Shown here piece after piece: positions 1-13,281 of a stretch of DNA of 64,000 nucleotides. Within the stretch, counting starts at the first letter, position 1, and each line of letters opens with the position of its first letter. The notes under the pieces are model-generated. The model was given only the letters and a program-made list of their open reading frames with translations. It made no database searches and had not been told where the DNA came from. A program made the translations under genes and the position numbers. The DNA is from Takakia lepidozioides (lineage: Eukaryota; Plantae; Bryophyta), in the NCBI GenBank assembly GCA_030704615.1, contig CM060733.1, forward strand, positions 76,508,001 to 76,572,000, written 5' to 3'.

Positions 1-474
1 AGCAAATTCTTTCCCACTAAATTTTACGAGAATACTCTTAATATCTTTAATAAGATATTTCATTCTAGGCTCAATATGTCCAGCTGTATCTGTGCAATGC
101 TCGGCAGACCATATGAAACGAAATTGTTTCATAATTTCCGGAGGAACGAAAAACTCCAACATCTTGAATACAGTATCCCTCTCAGAGCAAGACCAAATCA
201 CTACATGAAAATGAGTCAATGCAAGTCAAAGAAACTCCAACACTCCAGGTCTTGGAACCACAAATGGTCTTGCAGGCACCCGAATTGTTACTTTCCTCAA
301 GTGGAACCTCTGTTTAAACAACTCACCTCCGGTAGGAGGTAGCCTGTAGCAAAGAAGTCCATTGACACTCAGTACCAGCAACATGCATTTGTGTTTCCGG
401 ACACCACACATTTCTTGAGTAACAACGTTCTGAACCATCCAAAAGAGCCCATTAGTTTCTGTTATCTGACCCAA
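1..474 (-). pseudogene. FCP1/NIF-type (HAD) CTD-phosphatase-like protein, copy 1, running off the left edge
   Basis: Reading through the TGA at 226-228 gives LLVLSVNGLLCYR...VPRPGVLEFL*LALTHFHVVIWSCSERDTV...FRFIWSAEHC...KYLIKDIKSIL, the NIF motif order (RPG..EFL, IWS, IW...C, KD). Confidence 0.75.
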
Positions 475-880
475 AAATTAGGTATTTCCAATACATTTTG
501 CAACTCAAAAAATGCCACGACATACTTGCGTTTTGTGGTTTACCTCGTTTCTATACCCTGATTTTCAAATGGAATATTTTGCTAAGGTAATATTTTCAGC
601 ATTACATCATCCAATTGAGATTTGAGACAAAAAATCACAATCGGGAGTCTCTGAGTTTCCTGCAACCACGCGCGATCGCGCGAGGTTACTTTGTGAAAGT
701 TGTGTCGACAATGTAAATGATATATGTAATGATTACTAGGAAGCCATAACCAATAAGACAGAGGACCAAGTGAAGGAGATACTTATTCACTTTGCTAGAT
801 TTACCCTCCGATTCTGAGGCGGGTTACCATTGGAGGCAGGTGAATGTTGAAGGGATAACAGAACGTCAGATGTTGTTTTT

Positions 881-1704
881 TCATCGTCGGACACGACCGC
901 CGCTGACTGCTGTGATCCTTGACAAAGGACCATCCGGAATTCTGGGGGGTTGGGGATGTGCAGAAATATTCGTCGGTCTTGTCGGTGTGCTGACCTCAGT
1001 TGGCGAATGAGTGAGTTCAATAACCTTCTCGCTGACGGTTGGCAATGGAATTCGGTTTCTTTCTTTTTGCACATCCTGAACCGAATTCAAACGGAAAAAA
1101 AATGATTACCTTGGAATACAACCCCGCAGAAGTTGCCGCTTCACAGGAAGGTCATACGTTGCAGCTTTTCTGGCCTGGAGTAAAGAGAGAAAATCAAAGG
1201 ATGAACAGAAACACGGTAACAATAAAATGCATGGATGAAATAGAAATAAATCACCTGACTTCTCAGCAGCTGAGGTGTCCAGCCCTCGTGATCCGGTGAC
1301 CCACTTGGAATTACGACATGATGAGGAGGCAGTTGATCGATAGTGACAATCAATTGTTCGGTAGACTCATGTAGATGCCCCGTGACGGCGTCTGGTGGAA
1401 AGTGTTGGGAGAAGGGCGGCTCCAAGGAGGATTCCCCAAGATATTGAGAATCGCTCTCCACTATGCAGCCAACCCCAGTTAAATCATCGACCCTGCTAAC
1501 TGTGGATTCATCTTTTGACATTTTGAGCCTCGAAACACTCTCCATAACAACAATGGATGCCTGAGTAGACAACAAGTTGTCAGGTCCTTGGAAAGCTTCT
1601 GGCCTGATCATTTCTACATCGTCAACAATATCAGACGATATTGTTTTGCCAATTGGAGATGCATTTGTGGCATGAAGAACATATTGATATGAGCATACCT
1701 GCAA
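881..1704 (-). CDS. Possible low-complexity cargo gene of unknown function (probably spliced or decayed)
   Basis: ORFs 1141-1704 and 881-1090 lie on the same strand as the flanking cargo genes. No recognisable motif. Confidence 0.25.
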
Positions 1705-1932
1705 ATGAAATATATGTCAACAAAGTTGAGTTGGAAGAACGCGTGACCACGCGTGCTTCCGAAAAGAAATCGACGGACATAAAGCAACAACGAATCCATT
1801 GACCGTTACATATGGTTTGGCAATATAACAATTTCCATGCAAAGCAAAAGAATATCAGAAGAAGACTGAAATTCCATGGTCTTCACAATCAATTTTAAAT
1901 AGTAAACTGTGTTCACAGTAGAACGCGAATAT

Positions 1933-2680
1933 TTACTTATCATTTACTCGGAAATCGCGATATTGTGAATTGTCAATATAGTCAAGAAAAGGCTTGAACT
2001 GTGGATCATTAACTTTGAAAGGTGAAAATCTTATTCTTCTTGCTTTCAAGAAGCTTGAGACGTTCTCAAATTTTAAGAAGCTAAGCAAGAAATCTCTAAG
2101 TTTGAGAAGGAAGAAATCGTCGACGTCGATGTTCTCAAAAGTCTTGAGAAGAAACAAGATTCAGGAGGGTTCAGCAAACACTTCAAAGCCGTATCATCAA
2201 TCAGCAAAGTGTTACTCTGATTGTAAAAACCTTTAGATCTCTGCCATACTTTAAGGAGTGATTTCAAGAACACAGGAGGTTGATCTTGTCCCGTTCGGTA
2301 ATTTGGGTGCAGATTGCTTGGGCAAATGATACAATCCTCCTGCGACATGATGAACGCTGGCCGCGGAAGACCACGTAGGAGCAAATCCAGAACGGCATTT
2401 AAGTTTTTAAGCATTATGCAGCTCCAGATACCTAAAATGAAGTGTTTGTGTAACTCTTGCCAAACTTCCCGGTACATTTTCCGTCTAAAGATTTGCCGAT
2501 ACCCAACAATAGCATGAATGTTGTAATCAGATTCCGAAAAACGTGGAGCACGTCTGGGTCCTGGCGCTTCGTTATTTTGCATAACACTCCATTAACGTCA
2601 AAAAATATCAAGCGAGGTCCCCTCACAGGTGGAGATCTAGGCTGTCGGATCTGTGAAGGAGTGATAAAGACAATTAAGTA
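1933..2680 (-). pseudogene. FCP1/NIF-type phosphatase-like protein, copy 2 (frameshifted)
   Basis: LIFFDVNGVLC (ORF 2432-2731), then GIWSC...FIMSQEDC...PVFLKSL...SNTLLIDDTALKCLLNP (ORF 2073-2582), then DDFFLLKLRDFL (ORF 1933-2157). Confidence 0.8.
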
Positions 2681-2756
2681 AATCAAGAAAAGAAGAATCC
2701 CATGAACAGATAAGGAACTCAATGACCTCAAAATCCCAATACATTCTCAAAACTAG

Positions 2757-3577
2757 TCACTTTAATATCCCATGTTCCACTTCCAGGGCCTCTAGGTACT
2801 TTAGATGTGCATCCCATTCCTCCTTGTTCTTAGGCCATGGAAAGTCCCAGCGATTAATGAATTTCACTCTAGCATCCTGAAAGTAGATATCCTTAGGTAT
2901 TCCAAAAGGGTTCTGCTCATTGAAGGCCCAAGTGTTCATTTTTGAATGCTTCAATTCCTCCAGGTGGGGCTTAGATGACCCATCAAAAAATCATCCTTGT
3001 ATGGATCTACAAGTGCTTCGTATTTAGATAGGAAGATGGCCAGGCTGAGAGGATTGAGGAAAGACTTGTACATGTTCCCAACGACGTCGATAAGCAGGGT
3101 GTTAGACCTGTAGGCTTTAGAGTCGGGGTCTACGAACAAGTCGTAAAGTCGTTTGAAGTAGATTGGGGCCTTAGGTAGCGTAGGCCAATATGTGTTGAAA
3201 GTAAGTCTATGTTCCACACATTGGTCGGAACTGTAATGCATGACTTTGTGGGCGTTCCTCCCGAACAAGGCTGATTTGAAATCCACGACAGTCTCTTCTT
3301 TACCAGTGTTCCATAAGATGACCCAAAACTTCTTGACGACCCATTTGAGGAAGTCTCCCACCTCATGTCGCTTTGCTAACTTAAATCTCCTAGCGGAGAG
3401 ACAATGTTGAGTTGCGGGAGGGGTTTTTGGCTCATTCTGGAGGTAGACCTCACATAGGAACCCGACATCCAGAACCAGGACATAATATCCGGGCTGACAT
3501 CCATTTGGACCCATTGGAAGAGCAAAGAAATCCGCGGGTTGGACAGCTTGGGAATAGTCATGTGGTGGATAGATCAT
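2757..3577 (-). pseudogene. FCP1/NIF-type phosphatase-like protein, copy 3 (frameshift near 2960)
   Basis: VLVLDVGFLC...RHEVGDFLKW...VILWNT...PIYFKRL...SNTLLIDV...KSFLNP...DDFLMGHL, continuing into ORF 2757-2954 (QNPFG). Confidence 0.75.
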
Positions 3578-4051
3578 ATCATCCTGCCCATTAGGAAATA
3601 ATTATTAATTCATTGGAATTTTTTCGCAATGGAATGCAGAAAGGAAAGCAGAAGGCGGAGAATGAAGTACCAGCTTTGGCGGCACTTGCTCCAAGCCGGA
3701 TGAGGTTTCGCCACCAATTCCACCGGCGATGGGTCTTTCGCCGTCCGGTATGTTTTTGTTGACCCCTCCCATAAGTAACCTCGCGCGATCGCCCGCGGTT
3801 TCTGAAGCTGCCACCTTGGGCGACGATATCCTCACTCTCAAGTCGTATTGTTTTTTCATTGTACGCTGTTGTGTATCGTTTGTTCTGGTATGTGTCACTT
3901 CCTCCGTATTGGACTCACGGATCTACAGAAAATGCGGATGATTAGACTTCCGTATAAATTTCGATTCATTTACGAGACTATCACTGTGCAATAGGTTAAT
4001 CGTTCCATTGGTAAAAGATTCTGATGTTATATCAAGTTTGTTTTACAAGTG

Positions 4052-7000
4052 TCAGGACAGCTCATAATCTGCAATACTCACTTCAACAGAGTTTTGATCG
4101 CCGACCAATGCCCTAGAAGCCTGACCATCAACGATGTCTCTAACTCGTTGGCTTAAACCTTGATATGGTGACATCCGTAATGGCATATCCCCCTCCACAG
4201 GACTGAATCCCACCCCTGAGTCTATTTCTGAAATTTCTTTATTGAAGAAGTATCTAGAATCAGCGTTATCTTTTACATTGTCTCCCCCCACTTCTTCAGT
4301 GGAGGAAGACAGCACAGTTGTCTCGGGATTGTCTCCTTCACGGGTATTTGTCTGGGCCTGTGGATGGTGGCTTTCTTTCGATACTACCCTCCCTGCTTGT
4401 TCAGCTGGTGGATTTCTGCCTTGCTCAATTTTTTCTGTCTTCTCTTCCAAGAAATTGTTGACGACATCATCGTGTTGGTAGTCGCCCTTGCCATCCTCAT
4501 CTCCCTCATGTCCTTCATTTTTCTCCAACGTTTCGTTTCCATCACCTTCTTCCTGGTTTTGCTCTGTCTCCAGATCTCTTTGTCCGTCGTCTTCGTCGTC
4601 GTCGTCGTCATTTCCTTCGCCATTGTGCCTGTGAGTCTCCTGCCCTCCCAATGTGTCATCACCAACCTCGGTTCTGTCCTCATTCTTCGTGTGGAGGAGT
4701 GTGTAGTTAGCGGCAACCTTATTCGCGCAGAATTTTTTTTTCAGGTTGTGATTTATATCGAGGACACGGACGTTCCTTGCCTGCAAAAGATGCCAACAAT
4801 TGAGTAAATAGGATGAACGCGTGATCGCGCGAGGTTCCAAAGATATGTTTCGGAAATTGGTAATGGAAATCAAATGCTTACGTGGAGAGCTGATATTAAC
4901 ATTACACCTCCAAAAACGTTGACAGCCGCCATCCCTTCGCCACAGAACAAGGACGCAATGTAGTCGCTCGACTCTGCCCGCAATTCGTGTTCGTAAGCGG
5001 CACAATCTTTCTCGTGTTCCGTGAGCTCAGTGTCTGGAGCCTTAATCACTGGTTTAATAGGGCTGAACATCAGCACTCCCTACATGTGCTCCTCGTGGTT
5101 CTCAATCTGGGCAGTTGTAGCAGGAAATACGTAATCAAGGCACATGAGTGGCATTGAAAATGACTTTGGCCGGCTCATGTAAGGATTGTCAAACTCTCCA
5201 GGAAGATACAACCTCTGAAGCAGAATATACTTGTCCCGCCCCTCGCCAAACCTTATGTACGAAACCAGATTGGAAGAGGACCTCTGCGTCGAGAAGAAAA
5301 CAAATGCATTGGGGCTCAGCTGTTGTTCGAAGAATGCATCAAAACTATTCTTGTAATTTCTTTGCATGAAAACAGTTGAATCATCGTCACAGACTGTGTT
5401 GACAAACACCATTGCGATGTTATCGAAATCCCTCTTTCTCACAATTTTCAACTGTGTTTTGGCATCCGTGAACCTCCGCTTCCCTCCAATGCACTGGTAA
5501 TGTGACTTGAATGTATCCTTGAGGTTGCCCATTTCCTTCTCCATGTCTTCAACCCTTTTCTTGCATGAAAGCATGAATTTGATGAAAGCGTCACTCACTT
5601 TCTCGGTCTTCATGTTCTTGTTCACTTTCTTTTTCATGTATTTGGCCCCCAGTTTCGATCAGAATGTCTCGAACTCCGACTTGTTGAACTTGTACCTTTT
5701 CTTCACTTCGAGCCATTCTGCTTTTGTGTATGGCTCTGGATGCTGCTTGCTCTTGGCATCATATCCCAATACCACCATAACATCATCGATGATAAACCGC
5801 CTGTCATTTATTCGATCGATGTAATCGGACAGGCAAAGAATCTTGGGGTTTTTTCCTTTGTAAGGACCACGAACGCAGATCTTCAAGTCCAAAATCTTCT
5901 GCGCAACCTTCTTCATTTGAAGGGGGTTCAATCCTTGGAGTTTGCAGACTGCAGATTTGGTGAGCTGCGATTGTACACCCTTGTGCTTCTTTCCGTTAAT
6001 GTCCAAGAGGTTTCCTTTCTCCCACTCTCTGAAAACCTCCTGCCATTTCTCCCAAACATCGTCATCGCAAAAGACCAAGGTCATGGCCTCCTTAACGCTA
6101 AGCATCTCCAATATAAGTTGTGAGGCTTGCAAAAATTCTTGGTCAGCAGGAACAGTTAGTCAGGGCAACACACAACAGGGACATACAGTTCTAGTGAATG
6201 TACAACAAAACATTAAACAATAAAGGAAGTCTGAATAATTACCTTCCACTGAACGGTTCAGATTTGGAAACGTTATCGTTGAATTTCCTGGGCTTCCCCC
6301 TCAACTCATAGTACACCCTGGCGTGAGCAACTTTCTTCGAGAATGTTGTGTCGAATTTTTGGGCTTTATTTGGGTCGTTCAGGAGCTTAGAAATCTTCAG
6401 CAATCGATTATTGCTATCTGACCAGAGGATAATTGATGGTCATTCGGCGTAGTAGTCCCTCTGCTCCCGGTCAGTAATCTCCTCCACGAGTTCCTGATTT
6501 GGAAAATGTTACATCGGCATGGAATTGAACTAGAAAGGAGCACGCACGATCGCGCGTGCTTGCTTATCATGCTATGCATCTCTTAGAAACAAGTCGTCGA
6601 TGCATCTGATATAATCATCTAGTAGAAGCACACGCGATCGCGCGAGAATGATAATGAGGAAACGCAAAGAAATATCCGAAAGATGATTCTCATAGAAGCA
6701 GAGAAAAATATACAAGCACGCGCGATCGTGCGAGGTAAACGTTGATGTACTATACCTTTGCAGCCATAATTGTGTGTTGGCCTCCAATGACGAAGAATTT
6801 TGAATTGTTAATATCCTTCTGATGCCTTGGTTTCATCTCCGACACCTGGGTTGGCACCTGCTCGTTCCTCGGCGCCAGATAGACGGGATGTTTCGTATCT
6901 AGAACCTGCAACTGGTACAGACCGGCTTTTACTTCATCTTTGTGATTAATATTCAGCGGACGATACACCATGCTTCTTGGAGCAAGTTCCATCCTTGAGA

Positions 7001-7772
7001 TGTCAATTGAGATTGTGTGGTTGAACCCAAAAGGAAACATGTCTTTGTAGTCATTCTGCAGACTTTGATTCATCGCCTCGCACTTCACCTTGTCGAGAAT
7101 CACGCCAGCTTTTGGTTTCTTGTTGTCATTCATAAATACAATATCGAGCTCTTCCTTCTTTTTCTTTTTCCCGGCTGGCTACTTCTCCTCATTCTCAGTC
7201 TGAGAGGATCCCGACGTGGACTTCCGTTTCCCTTTACCCTTTGCCCCCTTCGCTGCCTCATCGTCTCGTTGTTTTCTGTTGATGTTTCCCTGCGCATGGA
7301 GTACATCTTGGAAAATGCTCCAAGCTCGTACGAATCCCTGAGCAGTCTGGGCTGCACCACCTTTAGGGAAAGTGAATCCCAACTTTACAGCTGGTTTCAT
7401 CATTGCCTTGCGAACGCGACGAGATTCCAGAGAAAAGCCAAACGTCTTTTTCGCTCTACCATCCTCCAATATGAAAACCACCACCAGTGGATTCTCCACG
7501 TCGGACTCCATCTCAACATCTTTAACGTAGCCATAATTAAGCTCCTTCACCTCCGCTCCAATCTTGAAGGAAAACTTCAGTTGGTGGTCAGGAGGTACAC
7601 CCATAGGATTTATTCCCCACTCGGATGTCGTCTGGTTAAGAATATACAAAGCTACGTGGTCTATACTGAAGTTTGGCGATTTTGTTGAGATGAACTCCCC
7701 ACATATCTCCTTGCATACGCCAACCAGGCAATCCGCCGGTATGTTTGACTGACGACTGAACATGAAACACAA
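4052..7772 (-). pseudogene. Multi-exon cargo gene: ParB/Srx-like domain, then degenerate amino-methyltransferase-like domain, then acidic tail
   Basis: ORF 6750-7133 has YRPLNINHKDEVK...PVYL...FFVIGGQHTIMAAK (ParB-like), ending at a GT donor. Downstream exons 5659-6132, 5080-5637 and 4870-5076 give YIASLFCGEGMAAVNVFGG, spliced to ARNVRVLD, resembling the LI...G..VLDPF.G...GR..IG.D SAM-binding segment. Several stops and frameshifts. Confidence 0.55.
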
Positions 7773-8279
7773 CGTTATGTTATCTAGATTAGATATCTCA
7801 TGGCATTATTTCAGGATTGAGAGGAAAGGCCGAAGTTTGAAACAAATCATAATGTTACGGATGTCAGGCCAATATACAAATGGGAATCCCACTGGGAAGA
7901 AATGGAATTGAAACAAAACTAGCATACAATTAAGCTGGAATAGGGGACATTCAATTGTGACTGCAATATGGAATAAATGGAATGGACTAAATCAATGTCA
8001 CAATTAAACTGGAAATCTCAAAAGTTGCAGATCATTTAATCGGATTCAAAAATTGTGAAGAATACTTTATTATTCAACAGTGAAGAACGAAAACGGAGAC
8101 ATCATTGGCGTTTAAATAAACAGTCATATATGCCTGCCTAAAACTGAGATGAAGGACTATATCATGGTGATTCAGGACACCCCCAGTGAATCTCTTGAAA
8201 ACTTATCGGGTACCCAGAAAGTGATCCTACTAATTATTGTGGGTATTCGATGGAACTACATGGAGATTCTGAACTGGTT

Positions 8280-8841
8280 CAAGTACACTCTTGTGAGCCC
8301 ATGAAGAATCTTTCTATTTCCAATGATTCCGAATTGTCGGAACTTACAGTTGACGTAGGTGTGTATTGTGCCAAAAATGAGGCCAATGCAGCCGACCTGG
8401 GTTTGAGGTGTCTAAAGTATCATATTGGTGAGTATTCTGGGGATCCCGGAATATACCCTGGCGATGAGGGTGTATACTTTGGGGATGCCGAAGTGTACTC
8501 TGGGGTTGAGGGAGTGTATTCTGGTAATACGGGAGTATACCGGAAGACCCTCCACAATATTGTTCTAGAAAAGAACTTAAAACTGCTGACCCGGGAGGAA
8601 CGTCGCAAAAATATCCTATTGGTGAATAATTGTCCTGATCGTCTGATTCAGGGGAGTAGGTGTCAGGCTCCTCTGTGGATGGAATTGTAGAAACTGGAGA
8701 TGAAATAACATGAACTCCTTCGGAAGGTCCCGTCATAATAACCGCAGCTCTGCATTCACCTTGTGAGGAGGATGAAAGCGTTGCCTTGTGTCCGGTATGT
8801 TCCATCTCCTTCTCCTCCCTCATCGAACACGAATCCACCAC
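8280..8841 (-). pseudogene. Ser/Pro-rich cargo ORF with RNA Pol II CTD-like heptad repeats
   Basis: 8420-8545 encodes [39 protein letters not shown]. It is flanked by an internal duplication ([24 protein letters not shown] / YSPI*YFRHLKPRSAALASFLAQY). Frameshifted relative to ORF 8344-8841. Confidence 0.5.
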
Positions 8842-9254
8842 ACTGGAAGAATCATCAAGAACTCGTGCTCAGATACAGACTGTACAGAAGGAGACAAGCG
8901 AAGAACGCGCAATCGCGCGTATTTGGTCCACAATTTTCCCTCCAATAACGTAAAATCCGATTATAAGCAACAACGATGTTGCTAAGCATGACAAACAGAA
9001 TCCATATACATGACTTTGTTCTTTCAGTCATATAAGAGTATCCTGACATCTATTATCCCAAGAAAATTCTTCTGAGCTGTAGCAACATCAGAACCACGCG
9101 CGATCGTGCGTTATTGAGTTGAGGCACAGATAAACTAATTTCATCCCACTGCGAGAAGTCTACCGGAAGGACTATTAAAGTACATTGAGAACATTGAGGA
9201 TTATCCAGCTAGAAGTCGTTTTTATTTATATTTAGAATAAGACTGAAACGAAGA

Positions 9255-10800
9255 AGTCAAATTCGCGCTATTGCGCAAGGTTCAATAATTGCATAATCCT
9301 TAAAATTGTAAACTATGAGTTTATTGTCGTACTAATGAATGATTTTTCCGACCACGTACAGTTTGGTATTAGCTACTGTTCGCTAGTTCTCCTGTAGGTG
9401 ACGACTTGCACTGAATGAAACACGCGCGATCGCGCGCGCACCTTTAAACCATTCTTGGACATCACATCTTCACTGTCCAATATGAAAGAGTGCTCGACAC
9501 AATCGATGAATAACCTAAACGATGTTGACGACAAGTAATATGTCAAACTGCCCTGGACTTTTGGATTGATATTTGGATACTATAGTATACTATTGTGTCC
9601 ACACTGAACACCTCCGCCTATCATAAATAAGAGTGACAATGCCATCACATATAGGAATTATCATACTCTGTGTGCATGGCAAGACAGATAAAGTACGACG
9701 GAAGATTTTAGTTGACATTGTATAATGTGAACTAATGTCTTCCGAAACACTTTACAGTTTTGAGTATGCACTCAGACATATCCTCATATGTGTCATCTAA
9801 TCATCTGGGTATCAATGGTGTTGTTGTGGTCGATAGAATACAAGTACCAACCAAATGAAGCACGCGCGATCGCGCGTGCTTCTTTAGGGCATTCTTTCGC
9901 ATCACATCTTCAATTTCTCATCCAATGCAGTTTACTACAGAGTCAAATTCGCGCTATTGCGCAAGGTTCAATAATTGCATAATCCTTAAAATTGCAAACT
10001 ATGAGTTTACTGTCGTACTAATGAATGATTTCTCCGACCACGTACAGTTTGGTATTAGCTACTGTTCAATAGGGCTTCTGTAGGTGACGACTTGCACTGA
10101 ATGAAATACGCACGATCGCACGCGCTCTTTCTAACCATTCTTGGACATCACATCTTCACTGTCTAATCAGAAACAGTGGTCGACATAATCGATGAACAAC
10201 CTAAGCAATGTTGACAACAAGAAATATTTCAAACTGCCCTGGACTTTTGTATACTATTGTGTACTATTGTGTCCACACCGAACACCTCCACCCATCATAC
10301 ATAAGAGTGACCATGTCACCACATACAAGAATTATCATATTCTGTGTACATAGCAAGACAGATAAAGTGCGACGGAAGATTTTAGTTGACATTGTATAAT
10401 GCGAACTAATGTCTTCCGAAACACTTTACAGTTTTGAGTATGCACTCAGACATATCCTCATATGTGTCATCTAATCATCTGGGTATCAATGGTGTTGTTG
10501 TTGGTCGCTAGAATACAAGTACCAACCAAATGAAGCACGCACGATCGCGCGTGCTTCTTCAGGGCATTCTTTCGCATCACATCTTCAATTTCTCATCCAA
10601 TGCAGTAAACTATGGAGTCAAATTGTGCAAGGTTCAATAATTGCATAATCCTTAAAATTGAAAACACTGAGTTTATTGTCCTACTAATGAATGATTTCTT
10701 CGACCCAGTTTGGCATTACCTATTGTTCGTTAGTGCTCATGTAGGTGACGATTTTTTCTGAATGAAGCACGCGCGATCGCGCGTACTTCGTTCAGACCAT
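9255..10800. repeat. Tandem duplication, about 680-bp unit x 2.3
   Basis: AGTCAAATT...GCAAGGTTCAATAATTGCATAATCCTTAAAATTG restarts at 9255, 9941 and 10616. Each full unit contains two palindromic motifs. Confidence 0.92.
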
Positions 10801-13281
10801 TCCCTTGATGAAAGTGCTTACTGGCCTCGCTCCAAAAACTAAACCATGTTTCGCAATACTATCACTGAAATAAACATGGGCGATCACGCGAGGTTTCTCT
10901 ACGGCTTACGAAATCACTAGGAATCCCTACTTCGATAGGCATATAATGCAGATCATGGAAATAATGTGCATAACCGAATCGAGCCAAAAACACAGTTTGG
11001 TATCCAGAACTGTACATGGTAAAATGAGTTCACGCGCGATCGCGCGTGAATGGACTGTGTCATGGTACCTATACTGAGGCCTACACCATAGGCTGCAAAC
11101 CCTAAACAGTTGCCAGCTGTACCTATGAACCCTATGAAATCGGAATTTCTCATGTCTTGAATCCGGAGTCGTTCCTTAAGGAAAGCGTACATATCCCAAA
11201 ATCTTCCACAATTCCCAATCCTTCTATCGACCATCCTACCTCTTTAACTCTGGAATCAATCCAAAAAACAAACAATCAAAACAATCAAGCAAACAATCAA
11301 TCAAGCATGCAACTTCTACCTTCCTGCAATCTCTGCAGCCCACAGAAGAATCCCTCACTGCATGCACGAAGAAGACGGGAAAATTTTTTACCTGCTTGAT
11401 GCCAGTTCAGGCAAGGATCCTCCCTGCAGGGCTGGATGAGCTCTCTCGCTCGGGTGCGCACAACAGTTTCCGGGATAGCGTACTCTCTTGTTTTGCCCTC
11501 CTTTCACTCTGTCACACCCCCCCGCACACAGTGAATTGCTCAAACCCACACTCACTCCAACTCACGCTCCCTCGATCTCTCACTCTCTCGCTTACTCGAT
11601 CTCCACCTCTCTGCCTCTCTTGCTCAGCCGCTCTCTCTCGCACCTCTTCCTTGAGTCCAAAATTGAACAAGGCTTCCGCGTGTATTAAATGAATGCAAAA
11701 GGAGACTCCTTTCGGTCACTCCTCCTTATATGCCTTACCACCTCTGATCTCAACCGTCGGCGTTATGTCGCATCCTACGGTTTGTGGCCTCGATGCATGG
11801 ATGAATGAAAGGCGGGATGTTTCCCAACGGTTCGCTGAGAACCCCTAAATTTATTTAGGTACAATCAATGATGCGATATGACTATCAGTAATGAATGGAC
11901 TCCACTAGTTTGTCCAGTGCGTTACGGCGCGGCAATCCGACGCCTTCATAAAGTGAACACCCTGGAATTATTGCGGGTTCCTGTGACGGCGCTCATCCAT
12001 GAGGGGAGTTGAATCATCCACTAGGGCAGTCATCTCATCCAGTATACGTCTTTTTCATCCACAAAAGCTCTTATTTCATCCAATGATAAAATATTATTCC
12101 TAGGTTCAATAATGAGGTGTCGGGACGTGCATCTGGGATTTGATCGGTCTCACATTTTCTCTACCTACACCTCATCTACGGCCCCACGTTCATTGCGGCT
12201 ACTTAATGTCATGCCAAGATGGCCGCCGGCTCATCACAATGGCCTTAAGAGGCGGCCACTTTCGTCGCCGACTATTCCTTCTCTTGTATCATTAATTCAA
12301 TATTTGGATTTTCTGCTTCTCTGGTGCTTTGGATGTCAGATTCTAGATCTCGAATCAGTTAGTTATTCGCATTGGATGCAATAACTTAGGGACCCATTAA
12401 TGTTCGGTGGATTTCAGACTCCTATTTGAATTTATGCTCTGGAGGACACATAATAGCCACTAGATTACACGAAAGAGCATATCCAGGGCGACAATTTGTC
12501 GATCCATGACACTCCAAACGCACCTCTGTAATGTGAACACGTCGACCTCATACTGTTTGACAATCCGTATAAGAGCCTGCCCTGTGCACGCATGCCATTT
12601 TTTCCCCCTCAGCTGCTCTGGCTCGCTGATCTTCAGGACTGTCTGTTTTACGTTCATTCTTCCCTTTGTACTCATGTCAATATTGAGAGTCTCTCCACTT
12701 CATCTGGGTTTATCTTCTGTCTCTCTGCTCCTCTGCTCCCATCCACTGTCTGCAAAGATCTTACATACACACCCGACCGTTTTATGTACTTCGAATGATC
12801 ACTCGCACTACAGCTGTTTCGTTCATCCATGTTTCATTTATTCATCCATTTGCTTACTCGTCATCCGAAAGTCGTCTACCATTATTCATCCGTCTTTCAT
12901 TTCATCCATCTGAACCACGCGCGAACGCCCGTCGATGTGGTTCTATTTCTGTTATGGAGTCGTAGACAATGTTGTGCATTCGGGTCGTAGCTTTAGCAGA
13001 TCCTTTAATTTTCTACAAATTTCTGTTTTGACCAATAGAGACCTACGTTCTACATTATAGTAGACAATATGAGAGTCCGAGTTCTATTTTCAATTTCCAA
13101 ATCATTATAACCCTAAACGCGGGCGATCGCGTGAGGTTCCTTTTCATCTACATCCTCAGTTTTTCTAAACAAACTTCAGTAACTTATTGTCTCACTCTTT
13201 CTTAGTGTCCATCGATATAGTGCCGAATCATTAATCACCGGAATCTCTATTGTAGGATACACGCGCGATCGCGCGAGGTTC

